Part shown: positions 1 to 12,382 of the stretch, one piece after another | Layout: each line of letters begins with the position of its first letter | Position numbering within the stretch: the first letter of the stretch is position 1 | Source: Hyalangium minutum | GTDB taxonomy: Bacteria > Myxococcota > Myxococcia > Myxococcales > Myxococcaceae | Direction of reading: 5' to 3' | Assembly (NCBI RefSeq): GCF_000737315.1 | Contig: NZ_JMCB01000013.1 | Span: forward strand, 248,001-312,000 | DNA: 64,000 nucleotides | The notes under the pieces: model-generated | The model's database searches: none | The model's input: only the letters and a program-made list of their open reading frames with translations | Told to the model about the DNA's origin: nothing | Position numbers and translations under genes: made by a program

Positions 1-166
1 GTCACCTTCACCTACCCGGACGAGCCCCGCGAGGGCTGACGCTTGGGTGCCTGCTGACGCGCGTCTGAGCTTCCCTGCCTGGTGTCCAGGCACTGGGGCG
101 CTGACGCCTGCAAGCCCCGGCGGGAATGCCAACCCTGGCAGGAGTCATCCGCCAGGGAGGCAGACC

Positions 167-703
167 GTGGACGTCAAGCTGCTGGGCATCTACCTGAACG
201 ATCATCTCGCCGGCTCGCACACGGGGCTCGAGCTCGCGCGCCGTGCGCACCGGGAGAACCGGGACAACGCAGTGGGGCGCTACCTCATCACGTTCATCAA
301 GGAGCTGGAGGATGAGCGCACGGTGCTGCAGCAGATCATGCGTGCGCTGGGCGTGACCCGGAACGAGTTCAAGCACCTCGCGGGGTGGGTCATGGAGAAG
401 GTGGCGCGGCTGAAGACCCACACCCATCTGGTGCACCGCACGCCCCTGACCCGGATGGTGGAGCTGGAGGCGCTGTCCATCGCGGTGATCGGCAAGCGCT
501 CCATGTGGACCCTGCTGCAGCGGCACGCGCGAGTCGAGCGGCGGCTGGCGGGCTTTGACTTCGAGACGCTCATCGCCCAGGCGGAGTCGCAGCACGTGTC
601 GCTGGACCGGCTGCGCCTGCAGGCCGCGGAGACAGCCTTCATGCAAGCGCCACTGCCCTCTGGCGTGGCCTCGCCCCTGGAGCACCCCGAACACGTGGGG
701 TGA
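167..703 (+). CDS. Hypothetical protein, probable ferritin-like four-helix bundle
   Basis: ORF 47..703; GTG at 167 follows GGGAGG. YLNDHLAGS...ELE...ELEAL pattern and an all-helical character. Confidence 0.7.
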   Translation: MDVKLLGIYLNDHLAGSHTGLELARRAHRENRDNAVGRYLITFIKELEDERTVLQQIMRALGVTRNEFKHLAGWVMEKVARLKTHTHLVHRTPLTRMVELEALSIAVIGKRSMWTLLQRHARVERRLAGFDFETLIAQAESQHVSLDRLRLQAAETAFMQAPLPSGVASPLEHPEHVG

Positions 704-847
704 AGCTGGCCCCGAGTCCACCCTGGATGTGGGCCTCCGGACAGGGGCAGGACAGGAGCGTGGAGTCCGCGACAGGCCTCCGGAATTTGCTTATCCGCCC
801 GGCGGAGAGCTTCTGTACGTGGGAGCCCATCCTTCCACGGGCGGTGT

Positions 848-1495
848 ATGGGGCTCTTTCCTCCAGGCACAGACGACGTGATCCGCGGGGTGCTCGGCCT
901 GATGGCGGGGCTTCCCGTGGTGGGCACCGTGGGGCTGATGCTCATGGCCCGGAGCCCCCTGGGCACCTCAGCCTTCGAGCCGGTGCAACAACCCGTGCAG
1001 TTCGACCACCGCCACCATGTCGGGGATGAGGGCATCGGCTGCCGCTACTGCCATGAGGGCGCCTGGGAGGGGCCCTTCGCGGGTGTTCCGCCCACCAGCC
1101 GGTGCATGGGCTGCCACGCGCAGATCTGGAACGAGAGCTCGCTGCTAGCACCCGTGCGCGAGAGCTACTTCCAGGACCGGCCCATTCCCTGGAACCGCGT
1201 CCACCGGCTGCCGCACTTCACGTTCTTCAACCACTCCATCCATGTCCATAAGGGCGTGGGGTGCGTGAGCTGCCACGGCCGCGTGGATCAGATGCCGCTC
1301 GTGCAGCAGGTGGTCCCTCTCACCATGGGCTGGTGCCTGGAGTGCCATCGCGATCCGGCGCCCCACCTGCGCCCACTGGAGCACATCGCCGACATGACAT
1401 GGCGGCCCGCGGGTGATGCCCGCGAGGTGGGCCGCCGGGTGATGCAAGCGCTGCAGGTCTCCCCTCGCACCGAGTGCACCACATGCCATCGCTGA
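848..1495 (+). CDS. actA: Alternative complex III pentaheme cytochrome c subunit ActA
   Basis: N-terminal TM helix; five CxxCH motifs (CRYCH, CMGCH, CVSCH, CLECH, CTTCH); FNHSIH motif; first gene of the act operon. Confidence 0.93.
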   Translation: MGLFPPGTDDVIRGVLGLMAGLPVVGTVGLMLMARSPLGTSAFEPVQQPVQFDHRHHVGDEGIGCRYCHEGAWEGPFAGVPPTSRCMGCHAQIWNESSLLAPVRESYFQDRPIPWNRVHRLPHFTFFNHSIHVHKGVGCVSCHGRVDQMPLVQQVVPLTMGWCLECHRDPAPHLRPLEHIADMTWRPAGDAREVGRRVMQALQVSPRTECTTCHR

Positions 1496-4440
1496 AGGAG
1501 CGCTACCCCCTGCCAGTGCTAGCCGAGGCGCCCGACGCGTGGCGCAGCCTCGAGGAGCGCCGTGCCACGCTGGCCGCGCCCGAGGGCGAGTTCCCCCTGG
1601 GAGCCTCCGAGCCGCCTCAGGGGATCTCCCGCCGGGCGGTGCTGGAGCTGGCCGCCTTCGGGGCCGCCGCGGCGGGGCTGTCCGGCTGTTTCCGGCAGCC
1701 TCCCGAGAAGGTGATGCCCTATTCGAAGCAGCCGCCCGAGGTGACGCCCGGAGTGCCGCTGCACTACGCCACGGGGCTCACGCTGGAGGGCTACGTGCGC
1801 GGCCTCGTGGTGCGCAGCCACGAGGGCCGGCCCACCAAGGTGGAGGGCAACCCTGAGCAACCCGAGAGCCTCGGTGCGGCGGGTGCGCATGAACAGGCAT
1901 CGTTGCTCGGGCTGTACGATCCACACCGCGCGCGCGTGGTGCGCCACCAGGGGGAGCCTGTCTCTCGCGCTGCGCTCTTCTCGTGGCTGATCGAGCGCGC
2001 CCAGCGGAACGACGGGGGCGCCGGACTTCGGCTGCTGGTAGAGCCCAGTGCCTCTCCGCTGTGGGCGGACACCTATGCGCGGCTGCTCGAGCGCTACCCT
2101 CGCGCGAAGGTGGTGCCCTTCAGCGGCATCGAGCCAGTGCAGGCGCGCGAGGGGGCCCGGCTCGCCTTCGGTCGGCCGCTCCAGGTGCTGCCTCGCTTCT
2201 CGGAGGCACGCACGGTGGTGTCGCTGGACGACGACTTCCTGTCCACGTTGCCAGGGAGCCCGCGCACAGCGCGTGAGTTCGTCTCCGCTCGCGCCCGGCC
2301 GGAGAGCAATCGGCTGTGGGTGGTGGAGAGCCACTTGAGCGTCACGGGCGCCTTCGCGGATCACCGGCTGAGAGCCCGGCCCTCCCGGCTGCCGCATTTG
2401 GCGCGCGCGCTGGCCGCCGAGGTGGGACGGGCGCTGGGGCACGCGGGGCTCGCGAGTCTCGCCGACGGCACCACGTCCCTGAGCGAGACGGAGCGGCGCT
2501 GGCTGACGGTGGCAGCCAAGGATCTCGTGGCGCAGCGAGGCGCGGCGCTGGTGGTGGCCGGAGCGCGGCAGCCCGCAGCGGTTCATGCGCTCGCACACTG
2601 GCTCAACGAGGCCCTCGGCCCGGGCGCGCTGGTGCGCTTCGTGGACGAGCTGCTCAGCCCTGTGCCAGACGCCTCGGCGCTGCCGGCCCTGGTGGAGGAG
2701 CTGCGCGCCGGGACCGTGGACACGCTGATCATCACCGCCTGGAACCCTGTCTACCGTGCGCCCGTGGATGTGCCTCTCGTCGAGGCGCTCGGGCGGGTGC
2801 CGTACACGGTGTACTGCGCGCTCGAGGAGGACGAGACGGCTGCGGCGTGTACTTGGTTCGTCCCCGCTACTCACCCTTATGAGACGTGGGGAGATGGGCG
2901 GGCTCCGGAGGGAACCGCGACGATCCTCCAGCCGCTCATCGCCCCGCTGCAGGAGGCCGCGGTGGCGCCGCTGGACCTGTTGGCGGCCTTCACCGGAACG
3001 CTGGAGATGCCGCCCTACGAGCGGCTTCGGACGTTGTGGCGGGAGCGGGCCGGGCGTCCAGTGAGGTTCCAGGAGGCATGGGAGGGCTGGCTGGCCACGG
3101 GGGTCGTGCCAGGCACCGAGCTGCCGGCGCTCCAGGCGCGGGTGGACGCGGAGGCGGTCCTCGCGGCAGCGCGGGCACTTCGTCCCGCAGGGGAGGGACT
3201 CGAGCTGCACTTCGTGCCGGATCTCAAGCTCTACGATGGGCGCTTCGGTGCCAACCCGTGGCTGCAGGAGCTGCCCGATCCCATGACCCAGCTCACGTGG
3301 GACAACGCCGCCCTGGTGAGCCCCGCGACGGCCGCCCGGCTGGGGCTGGAGAGGGGTTCTCGGGTTCGGTTGGAGCTCCGGGGCCGCGCGCTGGAGGTGG
3401 CGGTGTTGCCCGTGCCCGGTCAGGCCGATGACACGGTGACGCTCCCGCTCGGCTACGGGCGGACGCGGGGCAGCCCCGTGGCACAGGGCGTGGGCTTCAA
3501 CGCGTACACCCTGTGGCATCAGGACTCGCCGGGGTGGGCCACGGGAGCGCGGCTCTCCCTGCTGGAGGGCCACCACGCCTTCGCGCTGACGCAGGAGCAC
3601 TGGCGGATGGAGGAGCGGCCCCTGGCGCTCCAGACGACGCAGGCCCGGTTCAAGGCCCACACGGACATGCTGCAAGGGATGCAGGAGCCCACGGAGCACC
3701 TCTACCCGCCGCCGGGGCCTCCGGTCGAGCCGCCCCACCGCTGGGGGATGGCCATCGATCTGCACCGCTGCACCGGGTGCAGCGCGTGCGTGGTGGCCTG
3801 CCAGGCGGAGAACAACATCCCTGTGGTGGGCAAGCACGAGGTGCTGCGCGGCCGGGAGATGCACTGGCTGCGCATCGATCGCTACTTCCTGGGAGACGAG
3901 CACGAGCCGGGAGTCATCACCCAGCCGCTGATGTGCGTGCACTGCGAGTACGCCCCTTGCGAGTACGTGTGCCCCGTTAACGCCACCGTCCACTCGGACG
4001 AGGGCCTCAACCAGATGATCTACAACCGCTGCATCGGCACGCGGTACTGCTCGAACAACTGCCCGTACAAGGTCCGCCGCTTCAACTACCTGGACTATAC
4101 GGGCCACGACCCGCTGGCGCGGATGCACCGCAATCCCCAGGTGACGGTGCGCTCGCGCGGGGTGATGGAGAAGTGCACCTACTGCGTGCAGCGCATCGAG
4201 TCGGCGCGCATCACCGCGCGCGTGGAGCGCCGCACCATCCGTGAGGGCGAGGTCCGCACGGCCTGCCAGCAGGCGTGTCCCACGGAGGCCATCGTCTTCG
4301 GAGATCTCAACCGCCCGGAGTCCCGCGTCTCCCAGCTTCACGAGGATCCCCGCCACTACAAGCTGCTGCACGAGCTGGGGACCGCGCCGCGCACGGTCCA
4401 CCTGTTGCGGCTGAAGAACCCGCACGAGGAACTCGGATGA
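1483..4440 (+). CDS. actB: ACIII subunit ActB (Tat-exported molybdopterin-oxidoreductase-like domain + Fe-S domain)
   Basis: SRRAVLEL Tat motif followed by LSGC; EGRPTKVEGNP; Fe-S motifs CTGCSACVVAC, CVHCEYAPCEYVCP, CIGTRYCSNNCP, KCTYC. ATG at 1483 overlaps the end of actA. Confidence 0.93.
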   Translation: MPSLKERYPLPVLAEAPDAWRSLEERRATLAAPEGEFPLGASEPPQGISRRAVLELAAFGAAAAGLSGCFRQPPEKVMPYSKQPPEVTPGVPLHYATGLTLEGYVRGLVVRSHEGRPTKVEGNPEQPESLGAAGAHEQASLLGLYDPHRARVVRHQGEPVSRAALFSWLIERAQRNDGGAGLRLLVEPSASPLWADTYARLLERYPRAKVVPFSGIEPVQAREGARLAFGRPLQVLPRFSEARTVVSLDDDFLSTLPGSPRTAREFVSARARPESNRLWVVESHLSVTGAFADHRLRARPSRLPHLARALAAEVGRALGHAGLASLADGTTSLSETERRWLTVAAKDLVAQRGAALVVAGARQPAAVHALAHWLNEALGPGALVRFVDELLSPVPDASALPALVEELRAGTVDTLIITAWNPVYRAPVDVPLVEALGRVPYTVYCALEEDETAAACTWFVPATHPYETWGDGRAPEGTATILQPLIAPLQEAAVAPLDLLAAFTGTLEMPPYERLRTLWRERAGRPVRFQEAWEGWLATGVVPGTELPALQARVDAEAVLAAARALRPAGEGLELHFVPDLKLYDGRFGANPWLQELPDPMTQLTWDNAALVSPATAARLGLERGSRVRLELRGRALEVAVLPVPGQADDTVTLPLGYGRTRGSPVAQGVGFNAYTLWHQDSPGWATGARLSLLEGHHAFALTQEHWRMEERPLALQTTQARFKAHTDMLQGMQEPTEHLYPPPGPPVEPPHRWGMAIDLHRCTGCSACVVACQAENNIPVVGKHEVLRGREMHWLRIDRYFLGDEHEPGVITQPLMCVHCEYAPCEYVCPVNATVHSDEGLNQMIYNRCIGTRYCSNNCPYKVRRFNYLDYTGHDPLARMHRNPQVTVRSRGVMEKCTYCVQRIESARITARVERRTIREGEVRTACQQACPTEAIVFGDLNRPESRVSQLHEDPRHYKLLHELGTAPRTVHLLRLKNPHEELG

Positions 4441-5870
4441 GCGAGCCCGCGCCCAAGGCCCCTGTGATGGCCGATCCGCTGGTGGAGCACCCGCTCATCG
4501 AGGGGCGCTACTCGAACGCGGAGCTCAACGCATCGCTGATGCGGCCCGTGCTGGCCGGACCGGCGCGCTGGTGGTGGGTGCTGGTGGGGATCTGCTCCGC
4601 GCTCACCGTGCTGCTGATGGTGGGCATGGGAGTGACGTTCGCGAAGGGCGTGGGGACCTGGGGCAACAACATCCCGGTGGCCTGGGCTTTCGGCATCATC
4701 AACTTCGTCTGGTGGATCGGCATCGGCCACGCCGGCACGCTCATCTCCGCCATCCTGCTGCTGTTCGCCGAGAAGTGGCGCAGCTCCGTCAACCGCATGG
4801 CCGAGGCGATGACGCTGTTCGCCGTGGCGTGCGCGGGCCTCTTCCCGCTGCTGCACCTGGGGCGCCCGTGGAAGTTCTACTGGCTGGTGCCGTACCCAAG
4901 CGTGCTGCGCGCCTGGCCGCAGTTCCGCTCCCCGCTCACGTGGGACATCGTGGCGATCCTCACGTACCTCACGGTGTCGGTGCTCTTCTGGTACGTGGGC
5001 TTGCTGCCGGATCTGGCGTCCGCGCGGGATACCGCCCGGGAGACGTGGAAGCGCCGCGCCTGGGGAGTGCTGTCCATGGGATGGCGCGGCAGCGCCCGGC
5101 ACTGGCTCCAGTGGCGCGCCGCGTACGTGGTGCTCGCGGGAGTGGCCACGCCGCTCGTCGTGTCGGTGCACACCATCGTGTCCTTCGACTTCGCGGTGGC
5201 GCAACTGCCGGGCTGGCACACCACCGTTTTCCCTCCGTACTTCGTGGCGGGCGCCATCTTCTCCGGGCTCGCCATGGTGCTCACGCTGCTGTTGCCCGCG
5301 CGGCGGGCGCTGGGCCTGCACCACGTCATCACGAATGCGCACCTGGATGTGCTCTCGCGGCTGATGCTCGTGTCCGGGCTCTTCGTGGCCTACGGCTACG
5401 TGCAGGAGCATTTCTTCGGCTGGTACAGCGGCAACGAGTACGAGCAGCACGCGATGAACATCCTGCGCGTGGGCCCATACGCGCCGCTCTTCTGGACGGT
5501 CATCTTCTGCAACGTGGTGGTGCCACAGCTGTTCTGGATCGGGCGGCTGCGCATCCAGCCGGTGGTGCTCTGGGTGGCCGCGCTGCTGGTGAACGTGGGC
5601 ATGTGGCTGGAGCGCTTCCTGATCGTGGTGGCGCCTCTGAGCGAGGACTTCCTGCCGAGCAGCTGGAAGCACTACGCGCCTACCTGGGTGGACCTGAGCC
5701 TGCTGTCCGGGACGATGGGGCTGTTCGGCCTGGGCTTCCTGCTGTTCCTCAAGCTGGTGCCGCCGGTGCCGGCCAGCGAGGTGAAGCACCTGCAGCATGA
5801 GCTGGAGTCCTCCGAGGCCTTCGCGCGCGAGGCGGCGGCTCAGAGGCGGAGCGGGGGAGGGGCACCATGA
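4437..5870 (+). CDS. actC: ACIII subunit ActC (NrfD/polysulfide reductase-type quinol-binding membrane subunit)
   Basis: WWIGIGHAGTLISAIL, HLGRPW, SVHTIVSFDF, PPYFVAGAIFSG motifs; ATGA overlap with actB. Confidence 0.93.
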   Translation: MSEPAPKAPVMADPLVEHPLIEGRYSNAELNASLMRPVLAGPARWWWVLVGICSALTVLLMVGMGVTFAKGVGTWGNNIPVAWAFGIINFVWWIGIGHAGTLISAILLLFAEKWRSSVNRMAEAMTLFAVACAGLFPLLHLGRPWKFYWLVPYPSVLRAWPQFRSPLTWDIVAILTYLTVSVLFWYVGLLPDLASARDTARETWKRRAWGVLSMGWRGSARHWLQWRAAYVVLAGVATPLVVSVHTIVSFDFAVAQLPGWHTTVFPPYFVAGAIFSGLAMVLTLLLPARRALGLHHVITNAHLDVLSRLMLVSGLFVAYGYVQEHFFGWYSGNEYEQHAMNILRVGPYAPLFWTVIFCNVVVPQLFWIGRLRIQPVVLWVAALLVNVGMWLERFLIVVAPLSEDFLPSSWKHYAPTWVDLSLLSGTMGLFGLGFLLFLKLVPPVPASEVKHLQHELESSEAFAREAAAQRRSGGGAP

Positions 5871-6394
5871 AGCGCTGGGTGCTCGGAGAGTTCGGTTCGC
5901 CCGAGCGGTTGCTCGAGGTGGCCCGTGCGCTGCGGGAGCGCGGCTTCGTGCGGCTGGATGCGCACACTCCGTTCCCCGTGGAGGGGCTGGCCGAGGTGCT
6001 CGAGCTGAAGTCCTCGCGCCTGCCCGCGCTGGGGCTGCTGGCAGGGCTTGGCGGCGCGGCTGGGGCCTACCTGGTGCAGTGGTTCACACAGGCGGTGGAC
6101 TGGCCGCTGAACGTGGGCGGGAGACCGCTGCACAGCGCGCCCGCCTTCATTCCCATCACCTTCGAGACGGGGGTGCTGTCGGCTGCGGGTGCGGTCTTCT
6201 TGGGCTTGTTCGTGGTGTGCGGGCTGCCTCGGGTGACACACCCAGTCTTCGAGCTGGAGTCCTTCCGCAGCGCCAGCGTGGATGGCTTCTGGATCAGCGT
6301 CGCGGTGGAGGAGTCCACTCCGCCCGAGACGGTGGCCGAGGTGCTGCGCACCCTGGGCGCCTCGCAGGTGTCGCAGGTGGAGGGCGAAGAATGA
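5867..6394 (+). CDS. actD: ACIII subunit ActD (DUF3341)
   Basis: DAHTPFPVEGL, DWPLNVGGRP, FIPITFE motifs; ATGA overlap. Confidence 0.92.
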   Translation: MKRWVLGEFGSPERLLEVARALRERGFVRLDAHTPFPVEGLAEVLELKSSRLPALGLLAGLGGAAGAYLVQWFTQAVDWPLNVGGRPLHSAPAFIPITFETGVLSAAGAVFLGLFVVCGLPRVTHPVFELESFRSASVDGFWISVAVEESTPPETVAEVLRTLGASQVSQVEGEE

Positions 6395-7083
6395 GGGTCG
6401 CCAGGCATCTGCTCTGCGGGGGGGCGCTGGCCTTGTCCGCCTGTGAGGACCGGGATCCGATGCAGGTGCAGGAGCGCGATAACGCGTTCTCGGAGGATCC
6501 TCTCTTCGCGGACGAGCGGGCCATGCGCCCCACCGTGGCCGGCACGGTGCCCCAGGAGTGGTACCGGCAGCAGGCCCGGTTCATGGTCCACCAGAGCCTG
6601 GACGCGGGCTGGGTCGCGCGGCCACCTGTGCCGCTGACGCGCGAGCTGCTCCACGAGGGCCGCTCCCACTTCGAGACGTGGTGCGCGCCTTGCCACGGGC
6701 TGTTGGCGGATGGCCAGAGCGTGGTGGGCCAGAACATGCAACTGCGGCCCGCACCCGCGCTGTTCGGGCCTCTGCACGTGCCGCACCCGGCCCGAAGCGC
6801 CTCGCAGCTCGATGGAGGAGTGCCCGAGCCGGGCTCTCCGCATGCAGTGCCGGTATCCGCGGGCTGGGAGGCACTGCCGCACCCGGCCGGCTTCTATTAC
6901 GCGGTCATCACCGAGGGGTATGGGCTGATGCCGTCCTACGCGGAGGCGCTCAAGCCCTCCGAGCGGTGGGCCGTGGCGGCCTACCTGCGAGCACTCGCCT
7001 ACAGCCAACAAGCGCCCATGTCGGCCGCGCCTCCCGCGGTCCAGGCCACGCTCCAGCAGGAGCGTTCGGGAGGGGTTCCATGA
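6391..7083 (+). CDS. actE: ACIII monoheme cytochrome c lipoprotein ActE
   Basis: ATG at 6391 (ATGA overlap); lipobox LALSAC; CAPCH; GYGLMPSY; RWAVAAYLRAL. Confidence 0.9.
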   Translation: MRVARHLLCGGALALSACEDRDPMQVQERDNAFSEDPLFADERAMRPTVAGTVPQEWYRQQARFMVHQSLDAGWVARPPVPLTRELLHEGRSHFETWCAPCHGLLADGQSVVGQNMQLRPAPALFGPLHVPHPARSASQLDGGVPEPGSPHAVPVSAGWEALPHPAGFYYAVITEGYGLMPSYAEALKPSERWAVAAYLRALAYSQQAPMSAAPPAVQATLQQERSGGVP

Positions 7084-8285
7084 TCACCGTGCTACCGCGC
7101 TTCGAGGGCAACCGGAGGTTCCTGGGCGTGTCGCTCGCCGTAGGAGTCCTGGGGCTGGCGGCGACGCTGGCGGGCGGGTTCGCCGATGCCCGCGAGGCGA
7201 GCCATGGCTACCTGTTCGCCTTCGCCTTCTGGCTCTCCCTGTGCCTGGGCGCGCTGGTGATGCTGTCGTCCTTTCACGCGGCGCGGGCGCGCTGGCCCAC
7301 GGTGCTGCGGCGGCCTCTGGAGGTGATGGCGGCGTGCTGCCCGCTGTTCATCCTGCTCTTCCTCCCCGTGGTACTGAGCATGCGCCACCTGTTCCCCTGG
7401 GTGGAGCCATCGCCGGCGCTCGGCGAGCACGCGCTGCATTTGCTCGAGCACAAGCGCCCGTACCTGAACCTGACGGGGTTTCTCCTCCGGGCGGTGCTCT
7501 ACTTCGGGGTGTGGTGCGCGGTGGCGCTGCTGCTCTACCGCTGGTCCGTGCGCCAGGATGCCGAGCCCGAGAGCAACGAGAGGGTGGTGCGGCTCACCGC
7601 GTGGCAGAGGCGGCTGGCGGCGGGCTCGCTGCCGGTGGTGGTGCTGTGCGTGTCGTTCGCCTGCCTGGACTGGCTCATGTCCCTGGATCCGCTGTGGCAG
7701 TCCACCGTGTACGCGCTCTACGTGGGGTGCGGCGCAGTGGTAGCGGCCCTGTCGGTGGTGGGGCTGCTGGCGGCGCAGGGGCAGGGGGCGGGGCAGTTCG
7801 GCGCGCTGATGCGGCCGGTGCACTTCCGGTGGCTCGGCACGCTGCTGCTCAGCTTCGTGTGCCTGTGGGCCTACTGCGTCTTCTCGCAACTGTTGCTCAT
7901 GTGGATCGCCACGCTCCCCGAGGAGGTGACGTGGTACCAGGCCCGGCTCGACGGCGGCTGGCGGTGGCTGGCGGCATTGCTGGCCTTGGGCCACTTCGCG
8001 GTGCCCTTCCTGCTCCTGCTGCAGCGGAGCATCAAGGAGCAGCCCCGGCGACTGGCCGCCGTGTGCGCGTGGCTCCTGCTCATGCGCGCGGTGGATCTGT
8101 ATTGGCTGGTGCTGCCCGCGCTCCATCCGCGGGAGTGGTACCCGCACTGGACGAGCCTCACCGCGTGGGTGGGCGTGGGCGGGCTGTTCGTGGCGGCCTG
8201 CCTGTGGCTGCAGCGCGGCGGCTACACCGTGCCAGTGCGCGATCCATTCCTCCTCCACTCGCTGCGGGTGCCCAGCCATGAGTGA
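7080..8285 (+). CDS. actF: ACIII membrane subunit ActF
   Basis: About 10 TM helices; DWLMSLDPLWQST, LWAYCVFSQLLLMW, PEEVTWY motifs; ATGA overlap. Confidence 0.9.
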   Translation: MITVLPRFEGNRRFLGVSLAVGVLGLAATLAGGFADAREASHGYLFAFAFWLSLCLGALVMLSSFHAARARWPTVLRRPLEVMAACCPLFILLFLPVVLSMRHLFPWVEPSPALGEHALHLLEHKRPYLNLTGFLLRAVLYFGVWCAVALLLYRWSVRQDAEPESNERVVRLTAWQRRLAAGSLPVVVLCVSFACLDWLMSLDPLWQSTVYALYVGCGAVVAALSVVGLLAAQGQGAGQFGALMRPVHFRWLGTLLLSFVCLWAYCVFSQLLLMWIATLPEEVTWYQARLDGGWRWLAALLALGHFAVPFLLLLQRSIKEQPRRLAAVCAWLLLMRAVDLYWLVLPALHPREWYPHWTSLTAWVGVGGLFVAACLWLQRGGYTVPVRDPFLLHSLRVPSHE

Positions 8286-8637
8286 GGGCTTCACGCCACC
8301 CCCGCCGCAGCACGATCGGCTGCCGAGCCTCCGCATCCTCGCGGTGCTCGTCGGCTGGCTGGTGCTCACCTCCCTGTCGGTGCTGGGCATGCGGTGGTGG
8401 GAGGCGCGGAACCAGCCTGCCGTAGCAGCGGGAACTCCGGCGCAGTTCGGCGAGGCGGAGATCGCGAACGTCAACCAGCGACCCTTCGCACTGGAGAAGG
8501 AGGCACCTCGGCTGCGAGCCGCTCAGGACTCGCGGCTGGAGCGCTATGGCTGGGTGGATCGCGGCGCGGGCGTCATCCATGTGCCCATCGAGCAGGCCAT
8601 GGATCAGGTGCTGGCGCAGGAAGGGAGGGGGCCATGA
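8278..8637 (+). CDS. actG: ACIII small subunit ActG-like
   Basis: One TM helix; YGWVDRGAGVIHVPIEQAM motif; lies after actF. Confidence 0.75.
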   Translation: MSEGFTPPPPQHDRLPSLRILAVLVGWLVLTSLSVLGMRWWEARNQPAVAAGTPAQFGEAEIANVNQRPFALEKEAPRLRAAQDSRLERYGWVDRGAGVIHVPIEQAMDQVLAQEGRGP

Positions 8638-9663
8638 TGGAGTTCTTGCGGCACCTCCTGTTCCTTCCTCGGGGGGGCTCCACGCTGGCGGACCGCGTGG
8701 ATCGCATCCACTTCTTCATCATCATCGTCACCTTCATCGTGGCGGTGTGCATCGGGCTCACGGGGCTCGTGTTCCTGGTGCGCTTCCGGCGCCGGCACGC
8801 CCTCGCCCTCACCCCTCGGGTGCAGGCCCCCGCGTGGCTGGAAGCGATCTTCATCAGCGTGCCCCTCTCCTTCTTCCTGCTTTGGGGCGTGCTCGGCTTC
8901 CGCGACTTCGTGTGGGTGAAGAACCCGCCGGCGGGCGCGCTGGATGTGTACGTGACGGGCAAGCAGTGGATGTGGAAGTTCGCGCTGACGGACGGCGTGG
9001 GCAGCGTGGGAGTGCTGCACGTGCCCACGGGGCGCCCGGTGCGGTTGATGATCACCTCGCGGGATGTCGTTCACTCGTTCTACGTGCCCGAGTTCCGGCT
9101 GAAGCAGGACGCGCTGCCTGGGCGCTATACGGAGACGTGGTTCGAGGTGAAGCATCCGGGGCGCTATCAGGTGCTGTGCGCCGAGTACTGCGGGTTGGAT
9201 CACTCGCACATGCTCGGAGAGGTGGTGGCGCTGGAGCCGGGCGATTTCGAGGCGTGGCGGGCCTGGCAGAAGGCCTTGCCCACGGCCAGTCCGGGGGAGA
9301 TATCCGAGCAGGTCTCCGGCGCGGATGAGCGGGGGCCACTGGCCGAGCTCGGGCGCACCGTGGCCGCGCAGAAGGGCTGCTTCAAGTGCCACACGGTGGA
9401 CGGGACGCCGCACATTGGGCCTACGTGGCTGGGGTTGTACGAGCGCGAGGAGCCGCTGGCGTCGGGCGGACGCATCCGGGCGGACGTGGCCTACCTCACC
9501 GAGTCGATGATGGATCCCGCCGCCAAGGTGGTGGCGGGCTTCAACCCGGTGATGCCCACATTCCATGGGCAGCTAAGCCCGGGGGAAGTGGCCGCGCTGG
9601 TGGAGTTCATCAAGTCACTGCGACCCGAGCGCCCCGTGCCTCCGGCCGCGCAGGAGCCCACCT

Positions 9664-9683
<20 letters not shown>
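8634..9683 (+). CDS. coxB: Cytochrome c oxidase subunit II with C-terminal cytochrome c domain (caa3 type)
   Basis: GKQWMW, DVVHSF, CuA motif CAEYCGLDHSHM, heme motif CFKCH; ATGA overlap at 8634. Confidence 0.95.
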
Positions 9684-11290
<1,607 letters not shown>

Positions 11291-11301
<11 letters not shown>

Positions 11302-11941
11302 AGCGAGCGGGAGGCCAGTGGTTCCACACGCCGAGCACTTCGGCGATGAGGCGTCGCGTCAGGACGCGGCGCACATGGGCATGTGGATCTTCCTGGCGAC
11401 CGAGGTGCTGCTGTTCGCGGCCCTCTTCGCCGCCTATTCCCTGTACCGGCTGGCGTACCCGGAGGTCTTCTCTCAGGCGCGCGAGCACATGGATCTGGCG
11501 CTGGGGACGATCAACACCTACGTGCTGGTGAGCAGCAGCGTCCTCGTGGCGTTGGCGATCGCCTCCATCCGAAAGGGGAGGGATCTGGCGGCGGGGGTGC
11601 TGCTCGCGGGCGCGGTGCTGCTCGGCATCACCTTCCTCTGCATCAAGGGCATGGAGTACGCCCACCACGCGAAGGACAAAGCCCTGCCCGGCGCCCACTA
11701 CGCCTACGACAAGTTCGCCGTTCCCGGCGCGAGCCTCTACTTCACCCTCTACTGGATCATGACAGGCATCCACGCGGTGCACGTGACGGTGGGGATCGGG
11801 GTGCTCTCGGTGCTGTGCGGCCAGGCGCTGTCAGGGAAGTTCAGCGCGGCCTACCACACGCCAGTGGAGCTGGGCGGCATGTACTGGCACCTGGTGGACA
11901 TCGTCTGGTTGTTCCTCTGGCCGCTGCTCTACCTGGCGTGA
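11291..11941 (+). CDS. coxC: Cytochrome c oxidase subunit III
   Basis: GMWIFLATEVLLF, TGIHAVHV, YWHLVDIVW; GTG at 11291. Confidence 0.93.
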
Positions 11942-11971
11942 CGAGCGGCGGGTGTCGAGGAGGAGGCGCGC

Positions 11972-12382
11972 ATGGCGGAGACTCGAAGCAAGGAGCAGGG
12001 AGGGCGAGCCCACGGTGGTTATGGCAAGGCCCTGATCGTGGGCGTGGGGCTGCTGTCGCTCACCACGCTCTCGTTTGCGCTGTCGCGCCTGCACGTGGGA
12101 GCTTGGGGGCTCGTGGTGGCGGTGGCCATCGCGGTCATCAAGGTGACGCTGATAGCCTTCTTCTTCATGCACCTGTCGGAGCGAGCCGGAGGGCCCCGGC
12201 TGGTGTTCGCCACCGCGGTACTCTTCGTCATCATCCTTATCGGGCTGATCCTCGTGGAGGCCAGCGACCGGCCCCAGCCCGCGATGCCACCGGGGCCGTT
12301 CTCCGCCGAGCGGCTGCCGGGCCTGGATGAGCAGCCCCAGGCGGCTCCCACGCGCGAGCCCCCGAGCGAACAGACACCCTAG
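11972..12382 (+). CDS. coxD: Cytochrome c oxidase subunit IV
   Basis: Three TM helices; IAVIKVTLIAFFFMHL motif. Confidence 0.88.
   Translation: MAETRSKEQGGRAHGGYGKALIVGVGLLSLTTLSFALSRLHVGAWGLVVAVAIAVIKVTLIAFFFMHLSERAGGPRLVFATAVLFVIILIGLILVEASDRPQPAMPPGPFSAERLPGLDEQPQAAPTREPPSEQTP

Noticed and set aside
1519-4425. 968-aa antisense ORF opposite actB (similar cases: 16314..18197-, 23523..25664+, 31332..33341+, 37726..40278+, 42920..45748+)
   Set aside because: Shadow ORFs expected from high GC3 codon bias; no motifs, and each mirrors a well-supported gene.
6760-6890. Pro/Gly-rich insertion in ActE as a frameshift or second domain
   Set aside because: The frame stays open and conserved motifs resume afterwards; most likely a variable loop.
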